Positions 1 through 20,583 of a stretch of DNA of 64,000 bases are shown one piece after another. The stretch spans positions 62,001 through 126,000 of the forward strand of contig CALSCP010000216.1 in the NCBI GenBank assembly GCA_943704425.1, given 5' to 3'. The notes under the pieces are model-generated. The model made no database searches and was not told the origin of the DNA. It saw only the letters and a list, made by a program, of their open reading frames with translations. This stretch comes from Ministeria vibrans ATCC 50519 (lineage: Eukaryota > Protista > Filasterea). Within the stretch, counting starts at the first letter, position 1. Every line of letters begins with the position of its first letter. A program made the position numbers and the translations under genes.

Positions 1-734
1 TAGTTACCCTCAAGAATTGCAGCTCGCACAGGAATCTTGGCTCCTCGTTTAGGGCCTTCGGGAAGACCGAATTGAACAAACTTGGTCGGTCGCTTGAGAT
101 GCTGTCAATGTACAGTGACAAACAAAGAGAGTGCGAGAGAGAGAGAGTCGGTGAGAGGAGAGCAGAAGAGGAATACATTACTGCTGCTTCACAGCGGCTG
201 CATGTACCTTCCACATGTACCATGCGCGCCAGATGGCATTGTCAAGGCGCTTTTTGTCTCCTACGGTTCGCAGTCAGGCACACGAGTCAGGATCAGTTGC
301 ATATTCACTCGCACTCTCTCGCACTCTCTTGCACTCGCCGTACTCTTGTCGGCGTCCGACCCCTGCGCGCGAGAGAATCGCTTCCAGCTGCGGTAAGTGG
401 GGGAGAGCAGACGAAGCGGTGAGAGTCGGACAGGACGAGAGAGACAAAGGAACACACAACGACAATTAATCCGTTTGGCGCACTCTGCTCACTCAGCAAC
501 GCGACAAGGAGTCGACGGCGTACCTTGGGCCGTGATTGACCGTTTCCGACGCGTACTCCAGCGTCATGTGGCGGAACAGCTGCAGTGGGAGGCAGTGAGC
601 AGTGCATCAGTACACTCTCGGCTGAGCTGCCAAGACCATCTCACCTCGACAAACGAATTGTCCGTTTTTGGTGTGCCCGTCGACGCCGCCGCCATCGTTG
701 CATCCATATTCAAGTCGTGAGGATGCTCAGACAT
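1..734 (-). CDS. Mondo/ChREBP-like (MLXIP/MLXIPL family) transcription factor, 5' portion only; gene runs off the window start
   Basis: Hand-spliced GT-AG exons 734-645, 579-524, 387-344, 260-208 and 101-1 stay in frame. They give MSEHPHDLNMDATMAAASTGTPKTDNSFVELFRHMTLEYASETVNHGPSWKRFSRAQGSDADKRDKKRLDNAIWRAWYMWKHLKRPTKFVQFGLPEGPKRGAKIPVRAAILEGNY. This matches the Mondo conserved regions (LFECMTLAY..PKWKNF..RDKIRLNNAIWRAWY..AVVLEGNY). The bHLH-ZIP domain is not in the window. Confidence 0.85.
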
Positions 735-894
735 CGACACGACGTACGATGAATATTTCTAATTTTCTATCAAGTCGATTAAAATTTCCCAGATCAAGTA
801 TCAACAGTTTTAGTTTGTTTTACTCTCATCTCAGGTCGCCCGGTCGCTCCGCATCGTCCGACTTGCCGCGCCGTCACGTCGCCCCGGAGTCCCC

Positions 895-2557
895 ATGCAA
901 GATCCCTTGAAGCCCGACCCGCTCGACGGCCGAGTGGACGTGGAGGCGCTGCTTGCGTCCCTTCCGCATGACACCGTCGATTCGTGGGATGGCGGCCGCG
1001 TAAGGAGCCCCTGCATTCCTTCTTCTTGCTTCCCCACTACGCCTGCAGCCCCGGAGACTTTTCACACTTCTCCTTGCGTTTTTTTTTTTCTTCTTTTCTT
1101 TACGCTAAGAAGTTGTTTGGACNNNNNNNNNNAAAAAAAAAAAAAAAAAAAAAAAAAAGGAGAGCCAAAAGTCTCATGTGACCTTGAAAAAGAGGGTGTG
1201 CCATACTCACTGCGTGCATGTGTATTGCCTGTACTGCCAACTTCGGGCGCGAAAGCCACTCAAATCGACCCACATCTGACACAAAACGCACTTTTTTTCC
1301 TTCTTTGTTCGCAGTCAACAACACTTCGCGGTCTGAGTGTGCGCAGCCGCGTCCTGCTGGTTCTGGTGACCTTGGAGATCATTGCCATCATCGGCCTCTC
1401 CATTGAGCGGTACGCACGCCCCTCCTGCGGCCAATCGCACTCGGTTGCGTTGCACTCACCCGTCTCATTCTCATTCGCTCGCTGCTCTCCCTTTTCAGCC
1501 TCGCTACGATTACGCTGCCGCTCAACACAGACTCACGAAGGGCAGACTTCACCTATGCTCTGGTTCTCATTCTCAATTCGATTTTCTGCTGCTACTACGC
1601 GTTTCATGGGTGTCTTCGCGAGCGACGAATGGAGCTGATCATCTTTGTGCTTGCCTCCATTCTTGTGAGCGTCTATGTAATTTATCAGTTTGCCTCGACC
1701 CACGTCGGAGTTTATTCTGACTGGAAGGCCGTACAGCTGGCACGCTTCATCATTGTGTGTGTACTTGTGCCGCCCTCGTCAATATTAGCAGGGGTGGTGG
1801 CGCATGACTTTGGCTGGCTCGAGTTTAAGACGGTGGGCGCCGACGAAGCGCTCAAGTCTATGTTCCGCACCTACGGTCTCTTTACGGGGCTTCTCAAGCT
1901 GGATCTCCAGCTGGCAATGACTCTGGTGATTATGAGTGGCTTCAATGGCCTGACGGTTGGCGTGGAGCTTGCCATCAACATTGTTGGCCTCGTTGTGACG
2001 CTAATCTGGTGCTTTGCTGCCTGGTACTGGGTACGAAAAAAAAAAAGAAAAAAACGAGGGGGCGAATGTATACAATTATATTATAATGCATTGAGTACGG
2101 CTCTCGATTCTCTATTTATTTTCCTATAATATCATATTAATCAACTCGTGTGTGTAGGTTCGGTATGAGATTGCACACATACACATTCCGCTGGCCATCT
2201 TTAGTCTGTTTGAGCCTGCGTACATTATCTGGAAGGTCATTAACATCATGAATGCCGATCAAACTGCCTATGTGGAAGCGCCTGTTGTGTTCGTCGGTAA
2301 GATACGATGCTTCCGCGACGCATAGAGAGCCACGCATTTTTGACTCGCTTTATTTATTTGACTCGTTCGTTTCGAATGTATTCGCCCACTCACCTCGACA
2401 CTGCGTAGCGTGTGGCGCGATGATTGTACGTGTGCTTCTAATCATCTTTGGAGCTAAGGCCTTTTTCAACTTTGGGCGCGGACTAAAGAACAGAGTGCTT
2501 GTCAAAAAGAACGATTTTGGTGAGGAATCACCACTCATCCGTCCCTCAACCACTTAG
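895..2557 (+). CDS. Uncharacterised multi-pass membrane protein (about 8-9 hydrophobic helices), multi-exon
   Basis: Spliced reading gives successive hydrophobic segments (VLLVLVTLEIIAIIGLSI; FTYALVLILNSIFCCYYAFHG; ELIIFVLASILVSVYVIYQF; LARFIIVCVLVPP; LKLDLQLAMTLVIMSG; LAINIVGLVVTLIWCFAAWYW; IVRVLLIIFGAKAFFNFGRGLK). Start codon and some exon ends are uncertain. Confidence 0.65.
2088..2116 (+). repeat. Dispersed ~23-29 bp repeat, copy 1 (GCATTGAGTACGGCTCTCGATTCTCTATT), intronic
   Basis: Near-identical copies at 13720-13742 and 47209-47237. Confidence 0.85.
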
Positions 2558-2613
2558 TCTCTACCATCTACAACGAATAAACTATTATACTCCTACTAAT
2601 GTGCTTTATAAAA

Positions 2614-4931
<2,318 letters not shown>

Positions 4932-5191
4932 TGCCGATTGTGGTATACGCACTGGTAAAATATTTAAACTTTAAAGATTAATTTATTTAGATATCATTGT
5001 GTGATAAGTGATTTGTGTCATATTTGCAAGGAGTTTTTTTTTGAAAATCAAAAGAATACTGGAGCAAACATTTTATTCGTGTTCCTTATCACATGGATCA
5101 CTGCACGGTGATGTGTTCTGCGTCCTCTGAAGCGTGCATCATTCGTATCAAAACAAAAAATTGCTTCATTTATTGTTATGTACAACACAGT

Positions 5192-11075
<5,884 letters not shown>

Positions 11076-11391
11076 CGAGCAACAGGGCGCGCTGCAGTCA
11101 AAAGCGGGCCGGAGGTTGTGCGAGATTTAATTAAAAGAAATGATTGTACGATTGTTCTCTCTGTATTTACAATAATAATTAATAATTATTGTACTTTTGA
11201 CTGTGATTGTGACTGTCGAGGTGTGATTGCGCCTGATCTGGCTCTGCATGCCCTTGTATCTCTTCAAGTCTCAAGAGATTTTTGACGTTTGAGTTCCAGT
11301 TTTACATACTGAGTGAGTAGTGTAACGTCTGAGACTCTGAGTGTCTATTCAGGATTAAATTTTCTTCTTCTTCAATCTTTTTTCCAACAGC

Positions 11392-12970
11392 ATGAGCGTA
11401 AGTCTTTTGATGGTTGCTCGTAGTTGCACATAGTGCAGCAGAGAACTCTTTCCGTCTCTCTATCACTTTTTTTTCCTCTCTCTCTCACTTGGTCTTTATT
11501 TCCTCTCACTTGGTCTTTATTTCGTCTCTCTCTCACTTGGTCCTTTCTCTCTCTCTCTCTCTCTTCACCTACCAGTTCAATCCAGTGGACCATGGCTTGG
11601 CTGCGGATTTCCGCCTGACGGCTTTCACCAAGCTGAAAGGATGAGGGTGTAAGGTCCCTCAAGAGGAGCTGCTACAACTCTTGGAGGGACTTGGGGCGAC
11701 ACCGTCGTCGCCCATTGAAGGTGTTGGCATTGGTGCTGGCCTCGACAGTTGTGTGATTCCACTGCGCCACAATATGTCGCTGGTGCAAACCACTGACTTC
11801 TTCTTCCCGCTCGTCGACGACCCCTACGTCATGGGCAAGATCGCCTGCGCCAACGTGCTGTCCGACCTGTACGCGATGGGCGTGGCCGACTGCGACAATG
11901 TGCTCATGCTCCTGGGCGTGCCGACCGGCATGACGTCGCATGAGCGCACCACCGTCACCCCCATGGTCATGAAAGGGTTCAACGACCTCTGCCACGAGGC
12001 TGGCACCGTTGTACGCGGTGGTCAGACCACTTTGAATCCATGGTAAGGATGTGACTATGGCAAATTCGCAATCGTCCATTCTGAAATTGTGCCTCATTTC
12101 AGGTTTTTGATTGGTGGAGTTGCAAGTGCCGTGTGTGCGCCAGACGAGTGGATCATTCCCAATGGTGCTGTGGAGGGTGATGTGTTGGTGTTGACGAAAC
12201 CGTTGGGAACACAACCTGCAGTGAATGCGCATGAGTGGCTCGCAATGGAGAGCAAAGCAGAGCGCACCGCGCAATTGGCGAGTGCAGGTGTGACGCCCGA
12301 GGATATTGAGAGTGCCTATGCTTTGGCAGAGCAGTCCATGTCGAGCCTGAACCGCACGGCGGCGCGCCTGATGCACACTCACGGCGCGCACGGTGCAACC
12401 GACGTGACAGGGTTTGGTCTGCTGGGCCATGCCCGCAATCTTGCCCTCTGCCAGAAGGAAGCAGTCTCCTTTCGTATCCACACCTTCCCCGTCATTCACC
12501 ACATGTGTCTCGTAGACAAGGCACGCAAAATAGATAGAGAGAGAGAGGAAAAAAAAAAGCAAAAAAAAACAAACAAACAAACAAACAAAAAGAGACAGAG
12601 TGTGTAACTGTTGTATGTATGTAGACTGTGTCGTTTTCGTTGCGAGAAGGATTCAGCGCGGAGACGAGTGGAGGACTTTTGGTGCTTTTGCCGTCGCGCA
12701 GTGCGGCCGATGCCTTCATTGGTGACCTCAAGACCCTCCATGATCGCACGGCCTGGATTGTTGGTGATGTCATTGCAGGTGTGCATTTGTGTGTGTGTGT
12801 GTGTGTGCATGTGTGTGTGTTCGTTCTTATTTCTCATATCGACACTAGCGTTTTGTTTTGTTTTGTTTTGTTTTTACTCTGTATATTATACTCACTGTAT
12901 CTATTGATTAGGCGATCGCTCTGCTGCGTTGGCTGACGACCTTAAGTTCATTGAGGTCACTTCTTTGTAA
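11392..12970 (+). CDS. SEPHS2: Selenophosphate synthetase 2 (selenoprotein; Sec encoded by in-frame TGA at 11642-11644)
   Basis: [23 protein letters not shown] is the KGUGCK motif. Also [56 protein letters not shown] and SAETSGGLL. The first coding exon is only ATG AGC; a SECIS lies downstream. Confidence 0.95.
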
Positions 12971-13177
12971 CTTTATCTTTGTTCTTTATCTATGTTTGTT
13001 CGTGTTTGTGCACCGACTCTGGAACGATGGGAATAGTAAGAACTGCGAGTTTTTTTTTTTTTTAAAAAAAACACGACTCATGTGTTTGCTGGTGTATTGT
13101 TGTAGGGCGAAAAGAGTCGCAGCAATTTTCAATGTCTCTCCTATCACTTTCAGCTTTTGGCGTTTTTTTTTCTGCTT

Positions 13178-13252
13178 GACATTCGTTTTGTGACGACCTA
13201 ACGGGCAAATCGTAATATTAGTTTATTGCAATCCGTTTGGTTTGATGAGTGT
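13178..13252 (+). promoter_or_regulatory. Eukaryotic SECIS element (type II, GUGA core) in the SPS2 3' UTR
   Basis: Helix I ACAUUC/GAGUGU; core GUGAC (13190-13194)...UGAU (13243-13246); 11-position helix II GACCUAACGGG/UCCGUUUGGUU with one U.U mismatch; unpaired AAA at 13207-13209; apical mini-stem GUAAUA/UAUUGC. Confidence 0.88.
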
Positions 13253-13719
13253 ATCTAATACACTGAGTGTTTCAAGGTGAAAATATTTGTCAGTACAGGG
13301 GAGAGTGAGAGGGTGTGACAGACAAATTTCATCAGTCACGCACGATTCTTATTTTAATTATAATTATAATTAAGTATTATCAAAGGCTTTGGTCTCTGAA
13401 ACAATGCACGAATGTGGTGAGCAATTCACCCGTTTTACATAGGCACACACGAAACACGTAAAAAACAAAAAATGACTGCTCTTTTGTATGGCTAATACCT
13501 GCGAGATCAATTTAATGAAGGTTCCCACCAGCCAGACATGTACACAATTGTGTGAATTGATTCGAGAGTCAGACAGACAGACGGATGGCGCTGTTGTATG
13601 GTCATGAATGTCCACTGGATCTATGGGCTTCTTTTGGGACATTCTCGTATTAAAGTCTACGGCGGAAGTACGGAGTATTGTGCTGCCCTTTGTTTTGTAT
13701 AATTATAGTTTTGTTTTGA

Positions 13720-13742
13720 CATTGAGTACAGCTCTCGATTCT
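13720..13742 (+). repeat. Dispersed repeat copy 2 (CATTGAGTACAGCTCTCGATTCT), intergenic
   Basis: One mismatch to each of the other two copies over 23 bp. Confidence 0.85.
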
Positions 13743-13898
13743 TTAAGTTCTAACTTCTAAATTAATTATTGGTATTTTTATTTTTGAGTCTCTCAGTCTC
13801 GACGCGCACTCCCGAGTTCTCGCCCTCACAGACCATAGCGGGGCGTGTTTCAAACGATCTCTGCGTGTGTGTGTGTGTGTCCTGCGGTTGTTCACAGC

Positions 13899-16800
13899 AT
13901 GACAGACATGACAGATGTTGACGCAGCCACGCAAGCCGAACGGCTCACGGCACTGCTCTCCCTCACGCCCGATGACGAGCACCTTGGAGAACCTATTCCA
14001 CTCAGCGATGTCCCTCTCGCCTTTGCTGTGAGTTTGCAAATGATGAGAAAAGAAGAGAACAAAAAAAAAAAGAACCGACCGTCGACTTTTGTTTCGTCTT
14101 CAGCGCACAGTCAAAAGCCGAGAAGCACCCGCCGCAGCGGCTCGACAGGGCATTGTTGGGCAGGAGAACCAAGATGTGGTCCTTCAGCGCCCTTTCGTCG
14201 GCTCTGCGTCGCTCAGGTATTGCTGTGTGGGTGTGCGTCAGTGTGCTTCACGAATGATCTCACTCTTTTATCTTCTTCTCTCCGCTTCAGTCCATCGGCG
14301 CTTCGCGTTGAGTCGCAGTCAAGCTTTTGCTCGGTTCGTGCCAACGCAGTTGTGTTTGGCTCACGGTGGCAATACGAAGTGACCCTTGAATCTTGTGTGA
14401 GTGTGTGTGTCTGAGTGAGTGAGTGAGTGTGTGTGTGTGTCTGTCTGAGTGAGTGAGTGAGTGAGTCTTTTTGTCTGAGTGTACTGTGTGAGTGTTTGTG
14501 TGTGAGTGTTTTTGTCTGTGTGTGTATCTGAGTGAATGAGTGTTTGTATCTGTGCCTCTCTGAGTGAGTGAGTGGGTGTTTGTGACTGAGTGTCGTGTGG
14601 TGTATATATAATTAACTATTATAAATGTGTGCACAATGAATTTGTCTTTATTTTTAATTATTATTTTCATCTAGGGCGTATTACAAGTCGGCTGGGCCAC
14701 ACGCGAGTACTGGTATCAGTGCTCGTCGGAGAACGGCGTTGGTGATGTGCCCTTCTCGTATGCATACGATGGCAAGCGCCGAAAGAAATGGAACGGTGGC
14801 TCGGCGTCGTACGGAGAACAGTGGGCGACCGGAGACGTCATTGGTGTGTGCATTGATCTCACGGTGGGCACCATCTCGTACTATCGCAATGGTCGCTCGC
14901 TTGGCGTTGCCTTTGAGAATCTGCCACGCGAGCGTGTCGGACTCGCCTACTTCCCGGCCATGTCCATATCGCAGCACGAAAGTTGCCAAGTCAACTTTGG
15001 CGGGGCACCCTTCATCTATCCAGTCGAAGATTACGCTCCCCTCCAACCCCGTCCGTCCGGTCGCTGTGTTGTCGCCTCCTATCTCCTTGACTCGTTTTTC
15101 ACCCTCGCACGCGAACCCCCGTCGCCTGTCGTCATCATGTGCCAGTGGGCGGCCCTCGAGCGCGTTGCTGCACTCCTCTCCTCTGGCTATGTCTGTGACG
15201 CCGAACTCTTGCCACGCCTCCTCTTTACTGCACGCCACAGCGGCATCGAGGCGCTCTCCCAATTATTCTCCGACCTCGTCGAACGTCTCGAGGTAGAGAG
15301 AAACAAAAACGACGCGCGCGCACTCGTGCAAGTCTAATCATCAACATTTATTTGTCATTTTAGCCTCACGAGTCGATTAAAATGATGGAGAACGTACTGG
15401 AGAGCATTGGACGACGTGCACGATCCCTGTGTGTTCTTCCAGGTGTCGATGCACCCGTGAGTGGCTCGGCGTCTGTGGCCGAGTACCTCGAAGTTGCACA
15501 AGCACTGTTTAACAGTGAAAAGGCCCTTGCTGTGTGGTGTACTACTGATGTACAGACGCGCGCCAATGTGTCGCGCTTGTCAATTAACGTCCCACCGGTC
15601 CCTTCCGTCGCCGCACGCGTTCTCGAACATCTGTTTAGCACGCCCGAGTACTCTGATGTTGATCTAGAGCGTCTACTTCCCGTGCCCTGGGCACCCGATC
15701 TCGAGGACACCGAAAACCCTCTCTCTTCCGTCGAAAACTTTGCAGCATTTGGTGCTGTCACTTCTCGCATCCAACAAGTGAGCGTGCCTATTAATATTAC
15801 TATTAATAATAATGCTTTTTATATCTTTATTATTATTATTTTTTTCTATTATATTTTTGTTTGTATTTTTGTTAAATCTTTTTTTTTCGTTTGTAGGAAT
15901 CAAGTCGACAGGACGCAGCGCTCCGTACGATTGTCACAACGTTTATGCGTTCACCAACAGCGAGTAGCTGGTTTATGGAGTGGCTGACGTCGCTGCTTAA
16001 GATCAACGAGGGCATCGCGCGCGAAATACAGCCATCCGGCCTGTCGAATCCCACCACGCTTTCGCGCATTCTCCTTACGTTGCTGCGGTACGTTCGTAGC
16101 GATATCATCCCACACGGATTTCCCAAATACGACGTGGCCGACGTGCTTCCACGCGACGACAAAGTCACAATCGAAGCTGCCGATACAGATGTGTTTGAGT
16201 CGGTGTCCCTCTTTGGCGGTGCACTCACTGTGCCCAAGTGGCTCTTTGTAAGTCATGTTGCGTCGTCAAGTGCGCGACTTGGTGGCGTTTTTTCGCACTT
16301 GGAAGGCAATCTGAGGACACATTTGAATTTGCCGCGTCCCGCTGCGAGCTCTCGCCTCCGCGGTTCACAACATCAACGCGAAGCGGCCGAGCTGATGCGC
16401 CTGGCTGTGCAGTGTGCCTCACGATTGCGTCCCGATCTCGTCGTGGCAAAGGCTCCAAATGCGTCGTCGCCGTCGTCGCCGTCGTCGTCGCTGTTGTTGG
16501 GCGGCGGGAGACTAATGGACGCTGTGCGTCCCTTTGGTGATCATGTAAACGCTACCGAGAGACACGATCAGTCATTACGCTCCATTGTGCAACAGCTAGG
16601 TGCCCATGCCATGGAAGGTGTGGTGCAGTCTTCTCATGACGACAACAATGGTGACGATGACGACGATGACGACGACGAGGCTTGGGACGAGGTAGACGCA
16701 GCCGAAATGTACGGCGAAGACTGCGCCGAGTTCAACGTCGAGAGGAATGCCGATACCATCAGCGACACCAACGCCAACGTGTCCACCTTTACGAGTGACG

Positions 16801-18914
16801 TCGATGCTGCTGTCGATGACTCAGAGGCACGACTGCGCGAGGCACTACCGACACTGCCGCGGTCTTTTGAAGTGATTGAAATGTGTGTGACGCTTGGCTC
16901 GATTGTTGGAGTGCGCGTCGCGTCCACTGGCATGACACGACTGCGTCGTATGCGCCAGTTGCAGTGGCATCGCATGGAGACTCTACGTGTTCTTGCGGCG
17001 CTTCCCACCAAAACAACAACGGAAACAGACGCAGTGGACGTCGACGATGAGACGAAGGCCAAGGAAACGCTTGAAGCCGAAGTACAACGACGCCATCTAC
17101 AAGTGCGTGTCGAGTCGTTTGACAAGGAAATTGCGACTCTTGCTCGTCTCGTGGGCATGCGCGCGAGTACCACGCTGGACGATGAGAATGAGCGACTTTG
17201 GACCTTTCTTAGCGTCCTTTCTACTGACATTTTGCGTCAGTTCTCTTCGACCCCCTACTTTGAGTTTGTTCCCGAGCACTACATGGAGGTATTATAATTA
17301 TATTATTATAATATTATTATAATATTATTATGACTATTATATTATTATGATTATTATTATTATTATAATTATTCGTTTGTGATTGATAATAAATTGGAAA
17401 TGTCTCTCAACTAATTTGTTGTTCTTCTTCTAATTATGATTATTATTTTGATTGTAGGTTGCTGTCGATTTGATGTCATCGCTGTGTCTGTGGAATCGAG
17501 ACAAGTTTGCTGGCGACGAGTGTGAGGAGCGCGCGAGTGCGTTTCAGCGTGTTTTGAGTGAGACGTTGGTACACCTGAGTGATCGACGTATTGTAAGTCC
17601 TGGCATGACGGAACTACTTTCACGTTTTGTGTCGGTGTTTGGCTCGGACACGCGCGTGATGGCTGCAGTGGAGCGCAATGCGACGGTGCGTTGCTATCTG
17701 CTCCCGTCGCTGCTGGCGCTCTTTGACGACGAGCGCATGTGGGTGTACGTCTTGGCCTTTGTGCTGGAACTCAATCCAGAGACGGCGTACGCGGTGCCTT
17801 CGTCCATGCTTGGACTCAGTCATGTGACTCCGTCGACTGCACTTGCACGCACCATGGCTGACGCCATTGCGGCAGAACCAGTCGTAGCGCGTGCCTGTCT
17901 CAACAATGTGCTCAACTACCTGAATCGAGTGCTCACCGAGTTTACGGGTGCGGTCCAGGATTTGCTTGACACCCTCAATGTGACCGTGTGGCATCGCGAC
18001 GATGCGAACCAGGCGCGCATTGAACATCGCATCCGTCTCACCTTTTGCCTGGTGACGGCTCTCTCGGCGTTTCTTGAGCAACTTGCTTTGCACGGTGCTC
18101 GCGAGCTTTTCCTGGACGGCACGGAGGGTCGTGTAAATCGCAAGCGTGTTTCACAGCTGGTTTTTGCCATTGTGGGGCGACTGGTGAACATCACGCCGGC
18201 GGGCAAGTCCCTGGAAGGTGTGCTCGCTTTGAAGCTTCAGGGCTGGGAAGATTTTGATCGTGCTCGTGCCTTGGTGCCATTGCTGGGTTGTCTTGAAGGG
18301 ATCCAGGCTGCGGCCGATCGTTGCGGCGACGAGATGACGTGCGAGCGAGTGATGGAGACGCTGGTGTCGCTTGAGTCGTTTGACTTTGACTTGCTGCGTG
18401 CGCTCCTGGCCGACCGCTCTCTGCAGGTGGCCGAGCGTCCTTGGGCGCGTGGCCGCATGACTGCATTTGCTCAATTTCTGCGTCGCGTGTCTCACGCAAG
18501 TGACGCTCAAAAGGTGTCTTTTTCAAATGACCGTTTTTATAGCAGGACAACGTTTCACAGGTTTTTTTTTCTTTTTTTTCTGCGTTTTAGAAGGCCGACA
18601 AAGAGACTGTACTGAGGTCAACCGCAACAACGGGTGTCGCTTTGAATGGCCCAGGAACCGCAGCGGCACAAGAGCAGGGAGGATCCGACAGGAACAACAG
18701 CAGTGTTGTTACTGGTGGTGGTGGTGATGATGATGGAGTCGACGAAGACGACGGGCTCTGCACCATTTGCTATGCGTCCGTCGCCAACGTTTCCTTTGAG
18801 CCGTGTGCCCATCGTTCGTGCGAGGAGTGTATCACGCGCCACCTGATGAACTCAAAAGCGTGCTTCTTCTGCAAGGAGACTGTCCAGAAAGTCATTGAAG
18901 ATTCCATTGTATAA
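13899..18914 (+). CDS. RNF123: E3 ubiquitin ligase RNF123 / KPC1 (SPRY + C-terminal RING)
   Basis: SPRY segment GVGDVPFSYAYDGKRRKKWNG..W..GDVIGVCIDL..GTISYYRNGRSLGVAFENL..LAYFPAMS..VNFGGAPFIYPV. C-terminal RING CTICYASVANVSFEPCAHRSCEECITRHLMNSKACFFCK closely resembles RNF123. Confidence 0.92.
14394..14601 (+). repeat. Compound (GT)n/(GAGT)n microsatellite in an RNF123 intron
   Basis: Directly visible low-complexity tract. Confidence 0.9.
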
Positions 18915-19024
18915 CAATAAAAATAATTATGATAAAAATATAATAATAAAAATTAATATAGAACGACACCCTTCGTCTTTCTTTCTGATAACAATAATGA
19001 ATATACAATCATGTTTGCTTCAGT

Positions 19025-20544
19025 TTATGAAAAATCCATTTGCACCACGCGTGAGATTTGCTCAAGGATCGGCCCTACTTCTGGATGCGACAGAAACTGT
19101 CCAATAGCAGTGGGTTGTTGCAGCAGCTGCTCAAGGGCTGGAAGTAAACAATAATAAAATAATTATAAAAAAAAATTCCTAACAAAAACAAGAAAAAAAT
19201 TGCTGCAAACCTTGAATGGCACGTTTGCTGGTAATGCACATTTGAACACGGGCGTCGGCAAGTACCGCACGAACACGAGGATCCTCGATGAGACGTGCGA
19301 GATCCTTTGGAAAGGGTGCGTCGAGCTGCTCTTCATCGGCGTCGCCGTCGTCGCCGTCGTCAGCGTCGTCCCCCTCGTCGTCAGCGTCCATTTGCATCTG
19401 CGGAATCGCTCGGCCCTCAAGCAACCATAGAGCAGCCTGCTGAGTGTCGTTGCGACAGGCCCTGAGCACGCGACGGGCGTCTTCCGCATCAAAGCCCATG
19501 TCAACCAGAGAACGCACGCCAACCTCCAACGGACTCTCCTCCTCTCCGCCCTCCTCCGCCTGTGCACCGCCAGACGCGGCGCCGCCCGACACGGCTCTGT
19601 GTCTCCGGCGTGCTCGTTGAGCATGACGTTCTCTCTGTGCCTGCACTCGTTCTTCGTGTTGCCCCATGGCAAATGCAAGACGTTCGCTGTCGGCAATCAC
19701 AGCGGCACTCTCGTCACTCGTATCTTCCACTTCTAGAAGCCACATCATGGCAGCCGACGTGTCCCTACAAACAAGGCATCCCAAGAATAAATAGGTGATG
19801 AATATCTTGTGAATGAGTACGCATTGAGAATGAGTGCTTTGACGCAGAGCGCACGAGGAAAGCCTGCACTACAGAGCACTTCAATGGCACCGGCGTCAAT
19901 CATGGCTTCTAAATCTTCGTCGCTTGGCAATATTTCGCTGTTGAACTCGCCAATGTCTTCCTCCTCCTCCTCCTCCTCCTCTTCTTCTACTTCTTCGGCT
20001 TCATGTTGCTCGGTCGCCTCTGCTGAAATGGTGGTGGGGCCTTCCGCCACCGGTTCTGCTGACGTTGATGCATGCGAACGATCGCCAATAAGTTGCACAT
20101 CGTCGTCCACCTCGTCTTCAAGAAAGCTGTATTCTTCGTCGAGTCCTTCTAGAGCTTCGTCAATCATTTCGTCCGTGTCCCCTCTATGTTCGTTCTGATC
20201 GCGAAATTCGAGTTGTGTCATCATCTTTCCAATGACAACGAGAGCCTGCACAAGTCCTTGGAGCAGCAAGGGAAACTATAAATGCATGGAGGGTGAGTCG
20301 AGGAAGACGAGGCGAGACACGTCGTCGAGGGCGTACGTTCTTGCGAGCACCCGACTCTTGCATGAGCCCATCCGCCTCGTCGTCGCCCGTGAGTCGTCTG
20401 TGGAAGTGTGCAGTCGCCTGTTGAATGGCAGTTCCGCTTGGTATGGACGTGCACGGGGAGGGGTTCGTTCGTTGCGGTCGACGAGGCACAACGAGAAGTT
20501 TCGCTACACAATATTACATTACATTGATTGTGTTGAGTCGACGC

Positions 20545-20583
<39 letters not shown>

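Noticed and set aside
72-720. Plus-strand ORFs 72-422, 82-396 and 397-720
   Set aside because: They are antisense shadows of the spliced minus-strand Mondo exons and have no recognisable motifs.
11305-11345. TGAGT/ACTCA-rich motifs recurring in several intergenic regions as a promoter element
   Set aside because: Too short and also common in the GAGT microsatellites; needs an enrichment test that cannot be done by eye.
11480-11550. Three short direct repeats (TCTCACTTGGTC) resembling a CRISPR-like array
   Set aside because: They are tandem with no unique spacers, intronic and low-complexity; no cas genes; eukaryotic context.
11642-11644. Premature stop suggesting an SPS pseudogene
   Set aside because: The TGA sits exactly at the Sec position, the rest of the gene is intact and a SECIS is present.
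13370-13642. 90-aa minus-strand ORF between SPS2 and RNF123
   Set aside because: No recognisable motif and AT-richer than real exons here; cannot be supported, although a small gene or ncRNA is not excluded.
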